Of a DNA stretch of 32,534 bases, positions 1 through 10,122 are shown piece by piece. The position numbers and the translations under genes were made by a program. The first letter of the stretch is position 1. Every line of letters begins with the position of its first letter. The DNA comes from Nemertoderma westbladi (lineage: Eukaryota > Animalia > Xenacoelomorpha). Under the pieces are notes generated by a model. The model saw only the letters and a program-made list of their open reading frames with translations. It was not told where the DNA came from and searched no databases. The DNA is taken from assembly GCA_032718475.1 (NCBI GenBank), contig JAUCBJ010004821.1, positions 1-32,534 of the forward strand, given 5' to 3'.

Positions 1-1179
1 ACTTGTACTTCTTGGTGATGGGTACGAAATTTGGTGCTAGCACCAAAAGTTGTCAAATTACGCCGAAAAATACAAGTAGCAATGATCTGCCATATTTGAA
101 ATGAATTCCATTAGAATCAGCGCCCTAGAAAACCTGAAAATGTGAATTTATAGCATCGTATAAGTGAATTAAAAATGTTGTGTTCTAACTGAAAAGTGCT
201 GGTTACTTGTTTTTTTCATTTTTTTCCTACGCGTTGGGGACTAAACAGCCATTTATGGTAATCATATCATTTTTAAATATTTTCCAATGTATTTTGCGTC
301 CCAGAAAACCTGTATTGAAAAACAATTAGCCGAAAAATGTGTGACGGGATCCGAGAATCCCGACTGGTGTTGTTTATGTACGCGTCAGCCGCACCGTGTG
401 ATGGAAAAGGAATTTGTTGTTCCGACGTTCTTAATAATATAGATATATATGTGATGTACAGATGTAAATACAATAGCAGATAGCAACTGGTTATATGTTA
501 ATAGACCAGTAATATGGGTGACGGCGGTGACGGTCTTAAACTGTCACCGTACTGCCATGACTGTACTGAGATAACTGAGCGACTGAATAACACCGACCAG
601 TAATATACTACACTACCTTTGGCCGTGTTACTCAGCTGATGGCCTGCTGTCCCCCCATTGGCCGACAACCTAATTCTCGCCCTGAACATTGTGGGAGTGT
701 TTCCCCCCCCCCCCCCCCCCCCCCCCCGCTGCTGTTACTCTCTCTCCTTGAGGTACCTTGACCTCTAACCTCTATTGTGTGAGGCCCTTTGGGGTTTGTC
801 GTCCCCGTTGCCGTTTATTGGGGGTGGTACGAGGTTGATTGGCAATCAACCTCGTGCTTCCCAATATTGCTTAAAGGCCCTGCTTTCCCACTTATTGGGG
901 TTGGTGAGGCGGAATTGAATACGCTCACAAAATGTAACTTTCAAATTTTGTGAAAATTGTGCACTACTTGTAATTTTGGTGCTGTAATATTACCACCCCA
1001 GTACATTTTTTCGAAAATCTTTTTTCGGTCGGATCCACACTAGTGATACCTACGTACAAACAAAAAATCAGACGTTTTCGTTAATATTTGTAGATTTTAG
1101 AGGGAGGGGTCAATATGACCCCCCCCCCCCCCCCCCCCCGGTATTTTGTACAGCATTTTATAGCCCGGTACTAATAGGG
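1..1179. mobile_element. Non-autonomous piggyBac-like (TTAA) MITE, copy A; left part lies outside the window; interrupted by a solo LTR
   Basis: Ends ...CCCGGTACTAATAGGG followed by TTAA (1180-1183). Positions 1-339 plus 935-1179 are colinear with 15172-15745 of the complete copy B (roughly 93-95% identical by eye). Confidence 0.9.
340..929. mobile_element. Solo LTR (~590 bp) inserted in MITE copy A
   Basis: Termini TGTGA...TCACA with a 5-bp TSD AAATG (335-339 and 930-934). Absent from the same position in MITE copy B (GCCGAAAATGTAAC, near 15500). Confidence 0.85.
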
Positions 1180-1929
1180 TTAAGGATTTATGTAATAAAA
1201 TTTTTCCTAGGCTTAAAAATACGTTACCTTAATGAATGCAGAAATAATTAGCGCAAATTTTGATACATGTTTGAACGTGTTAAACCAAAGTAGCTACATT
1301 TCATTGCAGTTAATGTAAATGTTGGTTTCTTAAAAAAAGTGAAAGTATTTTGTTCTCATGTAAATTTATCGCATTTAAAAAATAAAAGTGGCGATATATT
1401 TGTATTTAAATTAATCGCCGGTCTTCCCTCTATAAGAATAATGTTCATTTGAAAAAATTGATTGCATTTATATTCAACCAGAGGGCCCAACATAGAGTTA
1501 GGTAGGGGTCGGCTAGCTAGCTTGTTTTTGGCCTGTAGTTCTAGAATGCAATTTAGCTATACCGATCACCAACTGTGTTCTGACGTCTAACATGGTCCTC
1601 CATCCAAAAATAATAGTCTCGTTAATTTACCGAAGGTATTGCGCTTAACGCCGCCAGAGCCCGTACTATAAAGAATTATATCAAAATATCAATTTGTTGT
1701 AAAAAAGTGGTCTCTTTTTGAATGGCCTCAAAAAGGCCGTGTATATATAGTAGGCCATGCGAGCGTTATATAATATGCTATATCTCAAAAACGGCACGAC
1801 AGATTTGGAAAAAAAAAAATTTTCTGCAGCGGTTTTCTGTCAGCCATATCTATCGTTTTATAAAATAAAAAGATTGCCTCCAGGGGTCGTATGATACATT
1901 TGTCCTTCCGTGTATATTTAGTATTCCAT

Positions 1930-4790
1930 GACCCAACACAACCCCCAACCCACGCTGCCTCATCCCCACCCGCTTTGACACAAGTGTCTCTGCAAGGTGT
2001 TTCATGAACATCTGAGTTTCTGCCCCCAAACACCATCAGTTGAGCACACGAGAGGAGTGAAGTACATACAGCGTGTCTCGCATGGCTCCTGATAGTGGGC
2101 CTACTTGACACGTTCCCTTTGGGTGAGTAAGGTCTCAGCAGAGGCATTTGATCGAACATAGGAATTAGCGTCGAGATTTATAATCGAAATGTCGAAAGAT
2201 ACCACAACCTGGTTCGCCCAAACACCTCTAGAGACCATATCTGCCCTCATTCCATCGACTGCTCGCCCATTAGTGTCCAGGTGACATCCAGACAAGGTGA
2301 CCTCCCACTTAACATTGGATGAGCCAAAGGCCTCCGCAAGGAGGTCTCTAAAGATGTCCCTAACCTCATCATGCCGACGAATAACCAGGCCTCTAACCTT
2401 ACAGCTAATGGCATGTGCTGTGCTAAACGCATCACCGCACCTCTCACAATTAACGGGAAGGTCAGGCGGTGACAGGCCATAATGCAGAGCGAGGCCATTA
2501 CGGAATGAGTGTGGGTGTAGATCAGTGTTGTCAATCGGCGATGGTTGGGCTGTGAGCCAGCTACCAGTCTTGTACTGTGCTGCCCGATTTACTGTACAAC
2601 GCTGGTCCGGAGGAAGATCCATGAGTGCCTCGACGAATTGGGCTTTGTATGGTCTTCCTACATTCTTTAAGGGCCTCGTTGAGCAAGCATTGTGGTCTGC
2701 CACAAGTAACTCCCTGCAGTTCTTGATGAACTCCGCAACCTTTGTTGTGCCTAGTGATGATGCAAGGTGTGAGGGTCCACAACGAATAAGAGGATCCCTG
2801 ATCCCCAAGCTGCCATGTCAGACAGGAAGAAGCAGTAGAGGTTCGAGTGTTTGACTGGGAGTAGATCCAAACAGAGCTGGAGCATATTGGTCAACTAGGC
2901 CGGAACGAATCGGTGTAAGTTCTCACTCTTTTGGATTGCACACCCAAAGGAAATATTCCGACTGTAATATTCTGACTGTAGGCAATGTGTTAGAGCAGTG
3001 TGAGCCATCTGGGGGAACTGAGTAGCGACCTCCGATAGAACCCTGGTGGAGTGTGTCCAGCCAGACACCTGCAAGGAAATCATTCCTACCAGCAGAATCA
3101 CCAACATAGCCTCCAAGAAAACAGTGGACGGACACCACTGCGCACACACACTGCATCTTCAAGCCCAGGTTTAACAACCAGCTGACATTTGAAGGTTTGG
3201 CGAAATACCCAATTGAAGACCCCAAGTGCTGGAGTTCCTGGAGCCAATTGTACACTGCCTGTAGTCGGCCGACTGCAGAGGCATCGTCCGCATACCAGCA
3301 TTGACAACGGTCTTCCATTGGAGCTGGAAGAGCTGTTGATTCCTCAGCAGATTGCTGCGATATTGTACCTTGTATCGATGCTGAAGCCATGGGGTACATT
3401 TCAGAATCTGGACAAGTCTTTGGGAGCTCCACTGAAACGGGAGAATCTGCATCTGGGTGCACCGCAGAATTTGGAGAAGCTGCAGTTAACACCACAGAAG
3501 AGGTGGTAACCTCCAGAGAAGAGTTTCACCGAAAAGGATGACACTGTTGGGAGAGTTGTTGAAAATGTACAAAAACTAGTTAGTGCCTCTGAAATGGGAG
3601 AAAAAGTTTCGTTTTCTGTTGAAGCAAGAGAAAACACTGGGAGTTCCACTGAACCAGGAGAAACAGAAGGGAGCACTGTTGAAAATGGAAGAGACTTAGT
3701 GAGAGCCCATGAAAAAGGATAATCCACTGAGAATGCCGTTAGAACTGGAGTTTCCATTGTAGGAATAGCTGAATTGGTGGGGACATCACCGGGAACAACA
3801 CGTAAGGCTTGGCTTAAAGGAAGCGAGGTGCACCCATAAACACCCATGGCAAGAGGGTCACCCTGAGTGAACCCCACCTTACTCCACAGGGGCAGATTAT
3901 CCTCTGCAAGATAGAGTGTCGCATGTCCATTGTAGGCATTGAACATAAAACGGGAGCACCTATGCCGGCAGTTCCACAGTGCCACAGAATGGCTGATTGA
4001 ATTGAAAGCATTTCAGGCATCCACGAGCAACATACAACCCGACTGCTCTTCCTCAAATAACTACGTCATTGAGTGCACCTCATGTCAGTATTGGTTGTCA
4101 AAACCATGCAATTAGCGAGGAGTCTGTAAGGTACCTCTCCAATTCCAATTGGTCGCACACCCGGCTTCTTGTCTAAAGCTATCAGTCTACAAGCACGTAG
4201 GGCATGAATTTCACCCCAGGGCACTACTGTGTTCGCTAAACGTCGAGCAAGGGCTGCATAAGCTTCCCGTAGCCGGGAACTGTGGGTATCGTAGCGTGTA
4301 AGCAGCGAATGCCAAAACTCTGCATTGCCTCGCATATTTTGGGCAACTTTCAGCACAACCTGGGCTGTGATATCGACATCCTCGAAAGAAGACCTGCCTT
4401 GTTGGTCGCAAAAACTTATCAGGGAGGCGAGATTGGATCAGGGTGATTTGCTTCCAGCACCTGCCAGACGGAGACCCCTGCTCTCTGGCCTTCTGCCTGT
4501 GAGTTTGGGTCAAGGACCCCACCACCATCCCGATCAGTAACCCCCCTGAGTGCAGCAGGGTTCTGGAAGGTAAGCACCTTATGATTGAATATGCGGGCAG
4601 CATCGTGAGTGGAAGATCTTCCAGAATTTCTACGTGATGAGGTGAACTTCATGTTACAACGCTGGGCGTCCCAAATCAACTGCTCAAATTCCACATGTTC
4701 CCACATACCGAAGCGGCGTAATATGGTTCTCCGTATGTCGGCTCCCTTATAAACCTGTGGATCTCGTTGGAAAATCACGGCAGCAATTAC
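1930..4790 (-). pseudogene. Decayed, truncated CRE-clade non-LTR retrotransposon (RT, CCHC zinc knuckle, restriction-like endonuclease)
   Basis: Frameshifted ORF fragments give, in order: RLIALDKKPGVRPIGIGEV, QGDPLAM, WYADDAS, CERCG..STAHAISC...RRHDEVRD, RADMVSRG..FDISI, then FTPLV.STDG past the stop at 2101. These motifs are typical of CRE/RLE elements. Many stops and frameshifts; boundaries are approximate. Confidence 0.85.
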
Positions 4791-5709
4791 ACTATATTAC
4801 AAATATATTACAAATACACCATATTCTAGAACATTTTGTTAATCCCAATCGTAGCAGTGCAACAATGCAATAACTCTATAATCATACTATTACATAGCTA
4901 TTCATACATAAACAAAGTGTTCCAGATTATGGTGTATTTGTTAAATAGAATGACATAGCCACGCCCAGGTGCAAAACCATGCAAGAATTAAACGCTCATA
5001 TCTCAGCTATTTTATGACGAAATTCAGATTGTGATGCATATTTGGAATCCTTGCGTGGCCAGCTTTCCAATTGCTATATGGTTTAAGAGTAGAACTCTTG
5101 TAACTTGTACAATATCGGCTGAGACACCTTTTTCAAATGCTTGTAGTTAAAGAATGAAAGCGAAAATAATAACTATATATGGCATTGTTCATAAAATAGC
5201 ACTTTATAGCGTCACGGCATGAAATAATAGAATGACGGCCTTTTTCGTTTTCTATAGGTAAACCTATAAACGTGTGAGTTTTTCTTTATAAATAAATAAT
5301 TTAGAGCTATTTTCATTATCTTATATTATTTATCCGTGGAAAATAACTAATTGTAATACAAGTACTGGTTTTACGGTGATTGTCGAATATTTATAAATAA
5401 ATCAATATACAGTATATCCCTATTACAGATGAATTGCGTAGATAGAATATATACTCGCGCACAAGAGCGCAAACCAGTTACACTGGCATTTATTTATCAA
5501 TAGAATAAAAGTCCAAATTCAAATTTAAAATGATGGTACAATATAAAACAAACAGATATTGATAAAAAAAATATATATTTAATTGATGTTAAAATATTCC
5601 AAGATTCGCTTGTGTTTTTGTTTAAAATTCAGACCTAACACGCTATATGTCACCTTAATAAAAGATACGGTTAGAGTTTCTTGCATTGTTAGAGACCCCG
5701 GCCTTATTT

Positions 5710-5848
5710 CTAATTTAACCAAGTTCGTGTGATAAAGACCATTGAGCAAATTTGACAGTGATGGTATCGGAAATTAATTGATGCCGACTTGTATGTGCTT
5801 CCCAATCCTTGATATTTAAGCTTCTTATTCTCAAGTAGTAATATTAAT
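5710..5848 (-). pseudogene. 3' continuation of the RTE-X-like LINE ORF split by the BEL insertion
   Basis: Removing 5854-21848 and one AATAC joins ...RSIQKV (right flank) in frame to LLILLLENKKLKYQGLG...TRTWLN*, open for about 46 codons. Confidence 0.6.
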
Positions 5849-5853
5849 AATAC

Positions 5854-7047
5854 TGTTCGCGCTTTCAGACCTTTAGCAGTTTAACCTGCCAAATTTAGAT
5901 GTCTTCTAGATTATAAATCGACTTTAGCCTATGAAGAGTATTGGATACACTACATTAGCCGAAGCCAGTCTATGCGCGACCATTCACCAGCTGGATATAC
6001 CCGGGAGACTGGATTCGGAAGCTTTGACCTTATTGCGGTGTAGGCCTACTGTATTATTCGACTGATCGTTAATATATAATTTCTGACAAATATTATTAAC
6101 TTTCGGGAAATATTAACAGTTCCTTTAGGACGTGGCGCTCTAAATATGTAAACAGAGTTATGACTTATACTAGACACAACGGGATGGCTATGGATTCACG
6201 TATAAAGCGCATTCTTTAGGAGATGCTTTGTTATCAGTCACAATCATGCACACTACCACACAATGCTGCACACCGATCTGCCGACCTTCACTAATTTTAG
6301 TCACATATAGAGAGAACAACAACCGACTCATGTAGTGCCTATGAAATAGCATTAGATTCACTCCAAAACCACTTTAATGTAAGTCGCAATTGTTATATGT
6401 AACCGATCTCTCTAACCTTCAGTATATCAAGAAGATTGGGGTTTCTGATTATTGATCGATATTATCCAAATATAACAATATTCCATCAACTGATATAATG
6501 AATAACCGACAGTAAATAGCAGTAAAAATGAGGTGTTTGTAGTTGACAATATGATTTGACACACTGACTTGTGATTAGTTTGTGTGGCGTTTGATTAGAT
6601 AACAGATATACGTTTCTATGATCAAGCCTACTAATGTTTGGCTAAAGCCTGAAAACATAGAGATTCCAAAGCCGGTCTTCTGGCTGTGGACAAAATACAC
6701 ATACTGACTCAATTGCATGAGTTTCTGTATACAATCTCCAACACAGAGTCAAAAAGCGCTCTGATTGGCCGACCGAACAAAGAGAGAACAGAGAACAAAT
6801 AAATGTTACACGTGAACATATCAGCTGTTAGATGTCGTCATGGTAACTACACTGTGTCAAGAAGATTTTAGCGTATTGCGACATAAAATTGCTAGTTATG
6901 TCCGCTAAAGTACACATACAGAAGAAATGGCTTTTTATGTCCACTAAAACACCGGTACAGTAAGGAAACGGCTTTTTATGTCCGTTAAACCAACTACAGA
7001 GTACTTTGCGGGGAAAATAACCAGCTAATTCCGCAAAAGCTTTTACA
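5854..7047 (-). repeat. 3' LTR of the BEL element (1194 bp)
   Basis: TGTTCGCG...TTTTACA; direct repeat of 20651-21848 with about 12 substitutions and 2 small indels by manual count. Confidence 0.97.
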
Positions 7048-7055
7048 CCGCTCCC
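7048..7055 (-). promoter_or_regulatory. Polypurine tract (GGGAGCGG)
   Basis: Short purine-rich stretch directly upstream of the 3' LTR on the element's sense strand. Confidence 0.6.
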
Positions 7056-7125
7056 AGAAAATGGGATTTAATTCTATAAAATATAAAAAATCACAGTTTC
7101 TAAAATATAGAAATACTCTAAACAG

Positions 7126-8485
7126 TTAGTCTTTCTTACGCGGACGGCGTTTACGCAGTTTTTTGAGGCTAGCAAGAGTCCTTTTCTCTTTGGGGGGAGC
7201 CACTTTACTAGGAGGGCTATAACTCCTGGGCGAAGGGTGCAATACAATTGCATCGGAAGGTTTAGGGTTACGGTCGATGTCTCGTCCATTTCGATATGCT
7301 TCTCCTCGAGCTGATTTTCCTCCGCTTATCGTTGGATGCGTTCGTCCAAAACTCTTGCGGAGAATAGGGTCGTCCAAGTTCGATATCTTCTTAGAGATTC
7401 TGAATTTCCTGATCGAACTGAGATAAAGTTAATTCGTTTACCGCTTGGACTTGTTGCTGCAATTTATGTTTCTCTAAATAATTGTAGATTCCTTTTTCGA
7501 TCTTTTGACGAATAGTGTCCAACGCGTTTCGTACAACTCTCTCCTCCGCCTCGGTGACAGGTTGTATCTGGTTAAACAGGGACGATGATACGGGTGAATG
7601 GCGATATTAGATGTCCGCGTCCCAATCCGACTAGGTAAGATGGGCGAATATTTAGGGAGCCCACAACCGGAGTGCCACCGACTAACTGTTCGGGTAACAT
7701 TAGATCTTTGAACAGTGAGTACGGTTCGGGAGGATCCGTGATACTATTAGGATCAAGAGTCTGAGGTCTAACTAGGGAATGAGGAGGTCTGACCGAGTAT
7801 TCCGGAACTCTGATCATAGGTTTATTTAAGGATCGTTTGAATCGAGCGAGCGTAGGTGATACATCGAACAAGTTTCGCTCGAAACTCCCGTAAATATAGC
7901 GAGTAAAACCGTGTTTAAAGCAACGTCTCCGCAGATGTTTATGTCTTTCCGTTTGTTGGTTGGGTCTTGGGCATTCATCGCAATAATACCAAAGACGCAC
8001 GTCTTGTAGGGGAAACGAGGGTGATATTTATTCGGTTTTACAACGTTTCTCTCAAGAATTCCAAATATATGTTGGAGTTACTGCGTTTATCCGGTTCTTT
8101 AACGTCTTCTCTTTCGAGTCGATTTCGAATAGAATTTTCGCATTTGATTTTCAGTTTATCGTTCCGACTCCGCTGGGTAGGATACTCAAAACAGTACCAT
8201 ATCCCTTTCGGTGTCGACATCGTCCGTATCGTGTAAATCGATAGGATGACCAGTAGTTAAGAAGTCCATATGTGTACCATTACAATGCGTATAGCGAGCA
8301 GTGAATTTTCGATAGTCCAATCCACGCGTAAGTTGCTCCTGGGACATCGGCGGTTCGATATAACGACCATCGTCCTCCGTAGTAGTTGGACTAGCGTCAC
8401 TGCGTATTAAGCTATCAACAAACGCTTGCAACGGTAGAGTATATTTCTCCCTGATACCAAGATCATCTTCTATCAACTGAGTCAT
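7126..8485 (-). pseudogene. Decayed extra ORF (ORF3) of unknown function in the env position of the BEL element
   Basis: Chain of same-strand ORF fragments from ATG 8485 (8186-8485, 8038-8220, 7572-8000, an unlisted coiled-coil-like frame at ~7400-7600, 7126-7377) ending in the basic tail KKLRKRRPRKKD. No homology recognised. Confidence 0.5.
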
Positions 8486-10122
8486 AGCTGCTATATGAGT
8501 TTATCAATATTATAATTAGTTATAATTAGGCTAGCGGGCGTCGCTGCCTATCCCTCTCGGCCCCCGGACAGCGCAAGATCCTCAGCGCTGGTGTACTTTC
8601 GCCGATGTGCCTATCGCCAACGTCGTAGCTGCACAACGACCACAACAACCAGCGCGAGTCACTCCACCATCCGTCCCAAAGGCTTAGATTTACTTCAGGT
8701 TCTTACTGGAGAGTTAGGGCTACTTTCACAATTGCGACTCGCTACTGTAAACACACTTTAGTAGTAACATTCACCTATAAACGCACAAATTCCACACAAC
8801 TGTCACAAATCGCACACATTCGGGCCATTTGTCCGTTAGTCAGTGCCTTCCAGAATGCCACGTTATTATTGGGTATCCTGGGATACTAGCAGTGAGCTAT
8901 TTTATTCCTTATGCTATTCAATGGGGCAAGCCCTTCAACTCACTTCTAATTCTAGCGTGGTTGTTGCCATGGTGACATTATGGAAAGCTAGCAGTAGAAT
9001 TAGGGTAATTCTCATGCATACAGATCTGGGATGCTATTTAATAGTAATTCTTTAATTGTCAATATTCCTCTTTATACATGATTTTATGAATTTTATCGGC
9101 TATTGACTATATATTGGAGATTCTCGCACACTAATACACTTAATATGGTGAATCTCCGCTCCCATGATCTATTAATTTATGGAATTTTGGGAATGTTATA
9201 AATTGTATAAAAATGACAATTTATCAAATTCATTAAAAGATATGAATTTAAATTTATTCCCGTAAATTTTATTATTTAATATTAAATAGACACAATTTTA
9301 TTCCAGAACATGTCTGGGGACTAGGATCCTTGATTCTAGGAAATTGGTCTTTTTAAGAATATCGGTAAGTGCTACGATATCTTAATAGACTAGAATTTTA
9401 AAGGATCTAAATTTTGACAGATTTTGTAAATATTAATAGTTAATATTTAAGATGGGCACCAGTTTATTCCAGAACATGTCTGGGGACGTTAACCACTGAT
9501 TCTAGAATTTTGTCTTTTAAGTATATCGGTGGGTGCCGCGATATCTTAATCGACTAGAATTACAGATGGTCAAAGGGTTTAACAGATTTATTTTGCGTTT
9601 TACGCTACTGTTAAAGGGACATCACGCTACTATATGTATTATTTAATATACGGTATGAGAGCAATATCGCAAGAAGCAATGTCAGTGAGAAGAGGCAAGT
9701 CGTTTCCAAGGTCTACCCAGAGCTTGGTTTAGCCGAGACACGAGGATCTGAATTTTGCATTCCTAATACTCTACTTAACCAATAATACTTGAATATAGTA
9801 GGAGCTTTATTGTACTTTAATAAGTACGGATATTTCATCTTACTGTAGTTACGTATTTGTAATGTAATACGGACAACGGACAGTAAGGAAAGAGAAAAAT
9901 AATTATTTCTCGCCGTCGCTGTAAATATATAATATATAAGTAATTAAGTAAGTAATAAACACTAATATATATTGCACTAATCTACTAAATAATCGCTAAA
10001 ATAACATTCTACTAAATAAAATTAAAGAAAACGATTATAATAAAATTACATAATAATACATACATAAATATAAAATAATAAGAATATAAAATAATATAGT
10101 CACACACCCACTCCAGACGTCG

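Noticed and set aside
4790-5700. Additional DNA-transposon remnants in the AT-rich spacers (also 1184-1925)
   Set aside because: No TIR pair, TSD or ORF could be defined by eye.
8540-8605. Hammerhead ribozyme (CTGAGGA and CGAAA on the minus strand)
   Set aside because: Only 11 nt separate GAAA and CUGANGA, too few for stems I and III, and no GAAA follows a plausible stem II.
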